64,000 bases of DNA from Candidatus Delongbacteria bacterium. Lineage in GTDB: Bacteria > CAIWAD01. The position numbers and the translations under genes were made by a program. This document shows, one piece after another, positions 8,615-16,130 of this stretch. The first letter of the stretch is position 1. Every line of letters begins with the position of its first letter. Below the pieces are notes generated by a model. It searched no databases and had not been told where the DNA came from. It was given only the letters and a program-made list of their open reading frames with translations. Location of the stretch: positions 64,001 through 128,000 of the forward strand of contig OY760505.1 of NCBI GenBank assembly GCA_963663545.1, given 5' to 3'.

Positions 8615-10185
8615 TGTTGCGACGATTTGTATGGGCGCTGTTGATCAGCCTTCCTCTGTTTGCCATCAGTGGCCCGATTCTGCCTGCGTTGCACAAGTGG
8701 TTGGCCGGGGATGTTGCCGGGAGTCTTGAGCTTCTTGAGCGGCAGCGTATGGTTAATCCACTGGCTGAACTGAACCTCCAGATCGCGCAGGTTCTGCTGC
8801 TGGAGCGCGAGTTGGGCTCGTACCCCTTTCTGGGCCAGTACGGTGCTTTGGCTGCGGGTACACTCCAGAACGAGCAACTCGCCGACAGTCTGCATTGGCT
8901 GAGTATGTGCATCGAGCGAGCTTCGGCACCGATGGCGGAAGCCCCGCGCAGCCTGGGGAAACTCTATCAGGCTCGTGCCCTACTGATGCGAGCTGATACC
9001 CTTCAGGCTCTGGATCTGCTGGAAGAGGCGATGCGCATCAACCCGCATCCGCAGACAATTTCGAATCCCCTGATGTTGGGCTGCTTGTGCTACAGCGATT
9101 GGCGCCGACTGGAAAATGTGACACAGCTCCAGAAGCGTGAGCGACCTGACAATCCGATGGTTTGGTACAGCCTTGCCGAACTGGCGATTCGTGAGGGCGC
9201 CAATGAGCGGGCGCTCGAACATCTGCAGACCAGCATCGACATCTATCCGCTTGAACGGGCCCTGCTGCGCGGCATTCGCCTTGCTGCCAGTATGCACAGG
9301 CAGCCACTCACTCTCGACTGGCTGCACTTGCTCCGTTATCGATACGGTCACACATGGAGCAATGCGCGGCTTCGGGAATTCTGTGATACACTGGAACTGC
9401 CCGGCCTCTTCGGCATGCTTGGGCCCGTGCCGGGCGGCAACAGGTGGCAACGCAAATATCCCCAGTTCTTTCCCGTAGGTCGCGAGTGGGTTTACAAAGC
9501 CAGGTATGGCATCATTCCGCTGGGGCAGCTGGTTGTCGGTGTTCGCGGACACGAAGTTGTCGAGCGAGACTCTACGCAGATTGAAGCCTATCGCGTGTAT
9601 TACAAAATCGACAGCAATCCGATCTATCGTCTACTGATCGACCTGCATGACACCTATGAAAGCCTTATTCCGGCACATTGTATGGCCAACCTCGAATTCA
9701 ACATCAACAGCGTGATTGCGGAAAGTCAGTACGAGCTCAACTACAAGTTCGACATTGAACGAGGCGGGCTGCGTATTCGCGGTTACAACCAGAGCGGCAT
9801 TTTGCTGGACGACGAGTATCAGATCGCCCGTGAGATGGTGGATGGATTGACGCTTCTGTTTGCTGGACGGCGACAGGTCGTCGAGCGCGAATTCGGGCCC
9901 GTGCTGACCATTGTGGACGAAGAACCTCACCGCACGGTAATCGAGGATGATGGTCGTGATTGGCAGCGGATAATGGGGCAGCGGCGCGCTGTGCGCAAAC
10001 TGCACGGAAGAGCGGACTACGACGGTCTGGCCGGATTGACGGGAGAGTTTTGGGGCGCGCTGAGTGACGACGAAGAGGCTTTGCCTTTGTACGCACGCTT
10101 TCAGATCGGTCTGGGCAAGATTACCCTTGAGCTGAGCGAAATCCGGGAGCAGGAAGCCAGCGTGGAAGGACCGCGTCGCCCCTGA
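8614..10185 (+). CDS. Exported TPR protein with C-terminal DUF3108-like beta domain
   Basis: Signal peptide, TPR-like helices, then 'GREWVYKARYGIIPLG...LPLYARFQIGLGKITLEL'. Confidence 0.6.
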   Translation: MLRRFVWALLISLPLFAISGPILPALHKWLAGDVAGSLELLERQRMVNPLAELNLQIAQVLLLERELGSYPFLGQYGALAAGTLQNEQLADSLHWLSMCIERASAPMAEAPRSLGKLYQARALLMRADTLQALDLLEEAMRINPHPQTISNPLMLGCLCYSDWRRLENVTQLQKRERPDNPMVWYSLAELAIREGANERALEHLQTSIDIYPLERALLRGIRLAASMHRQPLTLDWLHLLRYRYGHTWSNARLREFCDTLELPGLFGMLGPVPGGNRWQRKYPQFFPVGREWVYKARYGIIPLGQLVVGVRGHEVVERDSTQIEAYRVYYKIDSNPIYRLLIDLHDTYESLIPAHCMANLEFNINSVIAESQYELNYKFDIERGGLRIRGYNQSGILLDDEYQIAREMVDGLTLLFAGRRQVVEREFGPVLTIVDEEPHRTVIEDDGRDWQRIMGQRRAVRKLHGRADYDGLAGLTGEFWGALSDDEEALPLYARFQIGLGKITLELSEIREQEASVEGPRRP

Positions 10186-10216
10186 CGCACACACCATTGT
10201 CGAACAGGAGAGTGTT

Positions 10217-10717
10217 GTGATACAAATGCACAATGGCCGCTTGATGAGCCTCGAGGAGGCCCTCCATTGGCGTCGGAACTTGGTCGTTGAGGGAAAGAGA
10301 CTCGTGTTCACAAACGGTGTGTTCGACCTTCTGCACGCTGGACACGTTGAGTACCTGTCCGATGCGCGTTCGCGCGGTGACGCACTGCTGCTCGGTTTGA
10401 ATAGCGACAACAGTGTCCGACGATTGAACAAGGGCCCTGAGCGTCCGCTGAATTCGCAGGAGGATCGTGCGCTGGTTTTGTGTGGACTTCGCGCCGTGGA
10501 TGCGGTAGTCCTCTTCGATGATGACACACCGCTGCAGCTGATACAGACGCTGGAGCCGGACGTGCTGGCCAAGGGCGCCGACTACCAGGTCGACGAAATT
10601 GTAGGCGCACGTGAAGTCTTGGCGCGAGGCGGCCGTATAGAGCGCATTCCGTTGCGTCCGGGAAGATCCACGACTTCGCTGGTGGAGCGCATCCGCAACT
10701 CGCTGGACAAGGGCTGA
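10217..10717 (+). CDS. rfaE2: D-glycero-beta-D-manno-heptose 1-phosphate adenylyltransferase (stand-alone)
   Basis: VFTNGVFDLLHAGH, GLNSD, KGADY and STT motifs. Confidence 0.9.
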   Translation: MIQMHNGRLMSLEEALHWRRNLVVEGKRLVFTNGVFDLLHAGHVEYLSDARSRGDALLLGLNSDNSVRRLNKGPERPLNSQEDRALVLCGLRAVDAVVLFDDDTPLQLIQTLEPDVLAKGADYQVDEIVGAREVLARGGRIERIPLRPGRSTTSLVERIRNSLDKG

Positions 10718-10724
10718 TTTTCGT

Positions 10725-11111
10725 TTGATAAAGGAGCTGGCGATGGCGCTGTTTCTGGGAAAGCAGGGGCGTGTGGCGATCAATACGGGCATCTTTGGTC
10801 AGCGACTTCAGGAGCTGCCCCCGACGGCCCTTCCCGTTGTCAGGCGAATGACCCTCGTTATTGCCCTTTTTGTTTTGATCGCTGCCAGTTTGCCGCATCA
10901 GATCTACTGGCGTGAGGAATATATCCTGATGCAGCAGAGCCCGGCATTGCTGCTGTTGCTGATTCTTATCTACGCGCTGGCATTAATACTGGTATACATG
11001 CTGACCTTGGTCCTGATTCGATGGGTTACCGGCCCATGGCGGAAGGTGAGCGACCCTGAAGGCTGGCGCCCTTTGCGCAAGTTGGCAGCCTTGAAGAAAT
11101 CAGGACAATAA
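10725..11111 (+). CDS. Small membrane protein (start possibly 10743)
   Basis: Two hydrophobic segments; fills the operon gap; AAGGAG before ATG 10743. Confidence 0.55.
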   Translation: MIKELAMALFLGKQGRVAINTGIFGQRLQELPPTALPVVRRMTLVIALFVLIAASLPHQIYWREEYILMQQSPALLLLLILIYALALILVYMLTLVLIRWVTGPWRKVSDPEGWRPLRKLAALKKSGQ

Positions 11112-11138
11112 ACGAATTACGATCACCGTACATCAGGA

Positions 11139-11693
11139 GTGATCATGGCCCGCGGAAAGGACTTGTCGGCACGCAGGAGCGCGTTGTATCACGCAGCTAG
11201 CGATAGCTTTCGCCTGCATGGATTTCAGCGCACTACGGTAGAAGATGTCTGTCGTCAGGCTGGAGTCTCCAAGGCCAGCTTTTATGAGTTGTTTGCCGAC
11301 AAGTACCAGTTGCTGATTCTGTTGGAGCAGCGACGACTGGCGGATGCATTGGCCGCGTGGAAACACAGTTCGGAGACTCTTTCGGCCTCGGGGTTGTTAA
11401 GCTGGTATGCTCGCTGGCTGGATGCTGACACCCTGTTGAAAGCGGCTCATGGCGTGACACAATCGCCTTCGCCGGGCTACGCTCTACGCACCGCGCGACA
11501 GCCTTTGGCGGAAGAGCTTGCCAAGTGGCTGTTGCAAGAGAGCGATTCCGCGCAAGTCGAATGGGTCTTGGACGCGGTTGAAGGGCGAGTTCTTCTACAC
11601 AGAGATAGACCCTGGATCTCCGCTGACGACGATTTCCTTCGCACTGTGATACATCGTCTGAAGAGTATCACACTCGAGAGTGAGCAGGACTGA
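11139..11693 (+). CDS. TetR/AcrR family regulator
   Basis: HGFQRTTVEDVCRQAGVSKASFYELFADK helix-turn-helix. Confidence 0.85.
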   Translation: MIMARGKDLSARRSALYHAASDSFRLHGFQRTTVEDVCRQAGVSKASFYELFADKYQLLILLEQRRLADALAAWKHSSETLSASGLLSWYARWLDADTLLKAAHGVTQSPSPGYALRTARQPLAEELAKWLLQESDSAQVEWVLDAVEGRVLLHRDRPWISADDDFLRTVIHRLKSITLESEQD

Positions 11694-12310
11694 TGTGCGG
11701 CAGATACACTTTTAGCGGTGTTACAGCAACGCTTGCGGAACGCATGGGAATCGAGATCCTTTCGGACTGGACTCCTTCCTACAACATTGCACCAGGTTCT
11801 CTTGCGCCGGTGATACACGACAATGCTGGTACTTTGTCATGCGAGCAGAAGCCGTGGGGTATTGCACAGGCTGGACGGGGTGCTCTGATCAACATTCGTA
11901 GTGAGGGTAGGATCTGGCGTAGTGGCGATGTTTACCCGTGTTTGATTCCTGCCGATGGCTTCTACGAGTGGGACCGAAGGGGAAAGCCCTGGTACTTCTA
12001 TCCGGCGGAGGGCAGCCTGCTAATGGCCGCATGTCTGAAGGACGATCGCTTTGGTATTCTAACTCGGGCCGCCGCTGACGAGGTGGGCACAGTGCATCAC
12101 AGGCAACCCGTCCTTTTCACCGGTGACACATGGCGAAGCTGGTTTGAGTCGTTGCGAAGACGGGAGCAGTTGATTGACCATGAGGAAGATCTGCCAGCAT
12201 TGCTATATCATCAGGTATCGGATCGTGTAAACCAGACGCGAGCCAATGATCCCGCGTTGTGCAGACCGGGCGGTCAAATCTCTTTATGGGGCTTGAATGA
12301 GTCAGAGTGA
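11693..12310 (+). CDS. SOS response-associated peptidase (SRAP/YedK/HMCES family, abasic-site protein)
   Basis: N-terminal MCGRY, YNIAP, DGFYEW and HHRQP. Confidence 0.88.
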   Translation: MCGRYTFSGVTATLAERMGIEILSDWTPSYNIAPGSLAPVIHDNAGTLSCEQKPWGIAQAGRGALINIRSEGRIWRSGDVYPCLIPADGFYEWDRRGKPWYFYPAEGSLLMAACLKDDRFGILTRAAADEVGTVHHRQPVLFTGDTWRSWFESLRRREQLIDHEEDLPALLYHQVSDRVNQTRANDPALCRPGGQISLWGLNESE

Positions 12311-12716
12311 GCGAACCGCTTCGTCGGTCGCCATCCGCGACTGGCAGCTCTTTTTGGGCAGATGTTTGTTGGCCATGTATTTTATGCATGCGGCAGCAGG
12401 TAAAGCGATGCACATGAGCGTGATACAGGCGCAGCTGCATCAGCGCGGAATGCCGTTTCTGCTGCCCCTAATCGTGTTTGCTGCGCTGGTTGAGGCCGTT
12501 GGTGCTGTTTCTCTTGTTCTAGGCTATTATCACGCTTTCACCGCGCGAGTACTCTTGATCTACACATTGCTGGCGGTGCTCCTTGTGCATTTCGTACCGG
12601 GAGAGCCCGTGCAGATGATGTTGGTGATGCGCGATTTGAGCTTGATGGGAGGTCTGCTTCTGGTGGCAGCAGGTGATACAGGGGCGCTAGCCCTGAAAAG
12701 GAGTCCTTTGGTTTGA
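12297..12716 (+). CDS. DoxX family membrane protein
   Basis: Four TM segments; AALVEAVGAVSLVLG...DLSLMGGLLLV pattern. Confidence 0.75.
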   Translation: MSQSERTASSVAIRDWQLFLGRCLLAMYFMHAAAGKAMHMSVIQAQLHQRGMPFLLPLIVFAALVEAVGAVSLVLGYYHAFTARVLLIYTLLAVLLVHFVPGEPVQMMLVMRDLSLMGGLLLVAAGDTGALALKRSPLV

Positions 12717-13330
12717 AGTTGCAGAACTGGGTGCTGGCTCGTGGCTGCTATTGGGGCGTGGAAGCCCGTTTTGGTGTGATACCGGGTGTTGTGTCGACTG
12801 AAGTGGGGATGGCGTCTGGAACGCTGATCGAAAGCACTTCAACAGGAACCGAAAAGCCGGCAGAAGCCGTATGTATCACGCTCAATCCTGAGATAAGTCC
12901 AGTGAGTGAGTTGTTGGCTGTGTGGCACGAGGACCTGCCCGTTGAGTTGCCCGCGCCCGATGCGTGTTACAGAGCTGCCCTGTTCGTGCAGGATCACGAA
13001 CAGGAAGAAGTGGCCAGGGAGCTCATTGTCACTCTTCAGCAGGCACACTGCGGCCGCGAAATACACATCGATCTGTTGCAGCTTGAGAGTTTTCGACCTG
13101 CGCAAGAGCGGCATCAGAAATTTCTGTTGCGTCGTTTCTCTCATCTGTTAGTTGCGCTTGAGGCGGAGCATGGCCCGCGCGATAAGATCTTTGCCTCGCA
13201 GCTTGGAACACGGCTTAATGGTTTTCTTGCCGGGCATGGACGCTTTGAAGAGCTGCGTGATACACTTGACACACTAGCACTGGACGCGGAGATGAAGGAT
13301 TTCATTTACGGTCGTTGGTTTGACGCTTGA
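12713..13330 (+). CDS. msrA: Peptide-methionine (S)-S-oxide reductase MsrA-like (divergent)
   Basis: GCYWGVEARFG catalytic motif; FRPAQERHQKF. Confidence 0.7.
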   Translation: MKLQNWVLARGCYWGVEARFGVIPGVVSTEVGMASGTLIESTSTGTEKPAEAVCITLNPEISPVSELLAVWHEDLPVELPAPDACYRAALFVQDHEQEEVARELIVTLQQAHCGREIHIDLLQLESFRPAQERHQKFLLRRFSHLLVALEAEHGPRDKIFASQLGTRLNGFLAGHGRFEELRDTLDTLALDAEMKDFIYGRWFDA

Positions 13331-13348
13331 GAATCAGCCAAGAAGGAA

Positions 13349-13990
13349 GTGCATAGGCTCATGCAAAACCAGTTCATCTCAGTCTTGAGCGAAGCCAATC
13401 CATGGTTGTTGGAGATTTTGCATACGCCTGGCCCGGCGCTAGCGCAAACCGCTGTCTATTTTGTTCTTGCCGGGCTTCTGTGCGGTGGACTGGTGAGTTG
13501 GTCGTTTGCGCATTATTACCCAGCGCATTTTGCTCTCAACAAGCTGGAGAAGCCTGGCTTCAGCTACTATTTCGCCCTCATCGTGCTCATGCTCGAGTTG
13601 ACCCGCACCCTGTTTGCCTTGTGGGCGCAACTTCCTTTAATGCACATGGAGCTGTGGGAGATGATGGCGCAATCAGCGCGCCCGTTCTGGCCTCTCGCGT
13701 TGTTAAAGGGTAGTCTGCTCTTTTACGGCATGCGCTTGAGCCTTGGCGCAGGATTGCTGACGGGGATGATAGGCCGCCGTCGTTGGGTGCGCACACTGGG
13801 ACTGATCTTTCTGTGTGTCACTTACCTGCAGTTCGCCTGGCAGGATTGGTCGCTATGTCAGTTTCTCGAACAGTACAACCGTGCCATTACCTGGAATTTC
13901 GAACTGATGAGTCACGTGTTGAATGCGGGCCTACTTGCTGGTCTTTGGCTGCTGTTGGCTCCCGACTCTTTCCGCAACTATCAGCGGTAG
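13349..13990 (+). CDS. Hypothetical membrane protein
   Basis: About 5 hydrophobic segments; continues the + strand operon. Confidence 0.55.
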   Translation: MHRLMQNQFISVLSEANPWLLEILHTPGPALAQTAVYFVLAGLLCGGLVSWSFAHYYPAHFALNKLEKPGFSYYFALIVLMLELTRTLFALWAQLPLMHMELWEMMAQSARPFWPLALLKGSLLFYGMRLSLGAGLLTGMIGRRRWVRTLGLIFLCVTYLQFAWQDWSLCQFLEQYNRAITWNFELMSHVLNAGLLAGLWLLLAPDSFRNYQR

Positions 13991-15472
13991 AGGCGACTCC
14001 TGGTCCCGCTCGAGCAATCGCAGCAGGCAGTCGCGGAGTTCTGAGATATTGAAGGGCTTGCGTAGTGCGGCAGCGAATCCGTGTTTACGCCAGCTGCGCA
14101 TGATCCCGGCTGCCGCGTCGCCGCTAACCAGTAACACACGCACATCGGGCTGAATCTCTTGCAGTTGCGGTAGCAGTTCCTTGGCTCCGCTTCCCTTGGT
14201 GTGCAGATCGGCAACAACCAGCAGATAGCCCTTTCCCGCTTCGGAAGCCCGACGATAAAGTTCTACTGCACGTTCACCGTCGGCGGCGTGGTCTACCGCA
14301 TAGCCCATTCGCTGCAGCACTTGTGCCATCAGCCGTCGCACCAGTTCGTCGTCGTCCATTAGCAGAATGCGCCCACGCGCACTGGAGACACCGGTACTTC
14401 CTTCGGACTGCGGAAGGGCAAAGGTCCAGCGCAAGGAGGCTGCGTCGTGCAATTGAGCGTCCAATTCCGCGCCAAGATCGCGCGCTTGCTGCTGCAGTCG
14501 CTCGGGGCAATGCAGAACCGCAGATTGGCTACTGTTGCCGGTTTCCAGCCCGGGCAATCCATGAGTAATCTCAAGCTGAACCCAGTTGCTGTGCTCGGTA
14601 CTTGCCTGGACGCGCATGCGCAGAAGGCTTCCACGAGGGCAAATCTCGCGAATGTGTGCTCCCAGGCTACGCAACAGGTCCTGACGTCCGTCGCGCATAA
14701 CAGGCAGCACAAGGCCCGCTGGCAGTTGAAGTTGTTGCTCGTATTCCTGGAAGACCTGCGAGAGCAGCTCCACCATTCCGCCCACTCGTGTCACAGCGGA
14801 TTGCTCAAGTCCAAGTCGGATCTGCAGTAATCGAACTCCGGGGAACTCTTCGACCATTACACTGCCGGGAATGCGTTGTCCCGCGATGCTTGTGCACATC
14901 AGATTATGGCGCCCCGGGCCGGGAAGTTGATCGCGATCGAAGAGACTGTTTGCCAGCCGCATTTCATCATCCAACTGCCAGTCGGCGTACCCAAGTTGGA
15001 CCTGAAAAGCGCGATTCGCCAAGGAAGGCCCGTGCGAACGCAACAACAGCAACGGTGAGGGCATAAGGTTAATCAGGCTGCGCAACAGTTTTGGCGGAAA
15101 CTGCGCCAGGAGGGTCGCCCTGATTGTGGCGATTTGCAGGCTGCGCCACAGGACGGGCGCGGTTAGTTCCTCGAGCACAAGAAACTCGTTCGCGCCTGTT
15201 GAAATCATATCGCGCGCCTGTACCTGATCGAGCCCATCTCCCAGGATTAGAAGTGGAATGCCCGGCCAACGCTCGCGGATCGCTTCAACCAGTTCACGAC
15301 CATACGCATCCAGCAGGCGGTAGGCGCTCAGGATATGGGTTGGATGGGCGCTGGGGCGACAGTCGACTAGGGAAGAACTGGAATACAGATCGTAGGAATG
15401 GCCGCTTTCCCTCAGGAGTTGTTGAATATACCAGCGGTGGTTTTCGCTTGGATGTAGCAGAAGCAGCTTCAT
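13931..15472 (-). CDS. Response regulator with two receiver domains (degenerate hybrid-kinase architecture)
   Basis: N-terminal receiver-like fold; C-terminal RILLMDDD...VADL...RKPF; ATG at 15472 after GGGG. Confidence 0.75.
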   Translation of the reverse strand: MKLLLLHPSENHRWYIQQLLRESGHSYDLYSSSSLVDCRPSAHPTHILSAYRLLDAYGRELVEAIRERWPGIPLLILGDGLDQVQARDMISTGANEFLVLEELTAPVLWRSLQIATIRATLLAQFPPKLLRSLINLMPSPLLLLRSHGPSLANRAFQVQLGYADWQLDDEMRLANSLFDRDQLPGPGRHNLMCTSIAGQRIPGSVMVEEFPGVRLLQIRLGLEQSAVTRVGGMVELLSQVFQEYEQQLQLPAGLVLPVMRDGRQDLLRSLGAHIREICPRGSLLRMRVQASTEHSNWVQLEITHGLPGLETGNSSQSAVLHCPERLQQQARDLGAELDAQLHDAASLRWTFALPQSEGSTGVSSARGRILLMDDDELVRRLMAQVLQRMGYAVDHAADGERAVELYRRASEAGKGYLLVVADLHTKGSGAKELLPQLQEIQPDVRVLLVSGDAAAGIMRSWRKHGFAAALRKPFNISELRDCLLRLLERDQESPLPLIVAERVGSQQQPKTSK

Positions 15473-15564
15473 GGTGCACCCCCTGAGGTGAAGCTCAATT
15501 TGCAGACGGGCAACATTGTATAACACTGTTTCATAACCAAGGAAATTTGGAGACTGGTGAATTG

Positions 15565-15596
15565 AAAAACGGACAGTGCCCCTTTTCGGGGCACTG
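15565..15596 (-). terminator. Terminator-like GC hairpin
   Basis: Minus strand CAGTGCCCC-GAAAA-GGGGCACTG followed by TCCGTTTTT. Confidence 0.5.
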
Positions 15597-15903
15597 ATTG
15601 CTGCTCAGGAGGAGGGTAGCAGCATTTTCGTCACACACAGCAAGACAGAAGTTGGGAAGACGTTGGCTACAGGTAGTATGGCAAGACCCGGGCCAGTTTG
15701 AATGCGGGGAGATACGGTTGTCTATATTGTGAATTAACAATTGGATGAATCAATAATACTTAACTGTTGACTGCTGGTTGATCTGAATGATGATTGTTCA
15801 AATGCCCCGAAGTGGCTCATGTGCTCGAGGGCAACCAGCGCTGGTGCCATGCGATATCTTTGGTACATTGACGCTCCGCCCGTGCGGAAAGTGGAGGAGA
15901 CAC

Positions 15904-16110
15904 ATGCTCGGTACCGTCAAACGCTTCGACGACAAGCATGGATACGGCTTTATCAGTTGCTTGGGAATTGAGCAGGATATCTTTGTTCACTATTCCCAGA
16001 TCAAAGTGAAGGGGCGCAAAGCGCTGCGTCCAGGGCAGGAGGTCAGCTTCACCCTGGTGCAGGGCGACCGTGGCCCGCAAGCCGAAAACGTGCGTGTTCT
16101 GGAAGAGTGA
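15904..16110 (+). CDS. Cold-shock domain protein
   Basis: GTVKRFDDKHGYGFI (RNP1) and DIFVHYSQI (RNP2); GGAGG RBS. Confidence 0.92.
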   Translation: MLGTVKRFDDKHGYGFISCLGIEQDIFVHYSQIKVKGRKALRPGQEVSFTLVQGDRGPQAENVRVLEE

Positions 16111-16130
16111 CATTCAATTGCGGAGAGACC

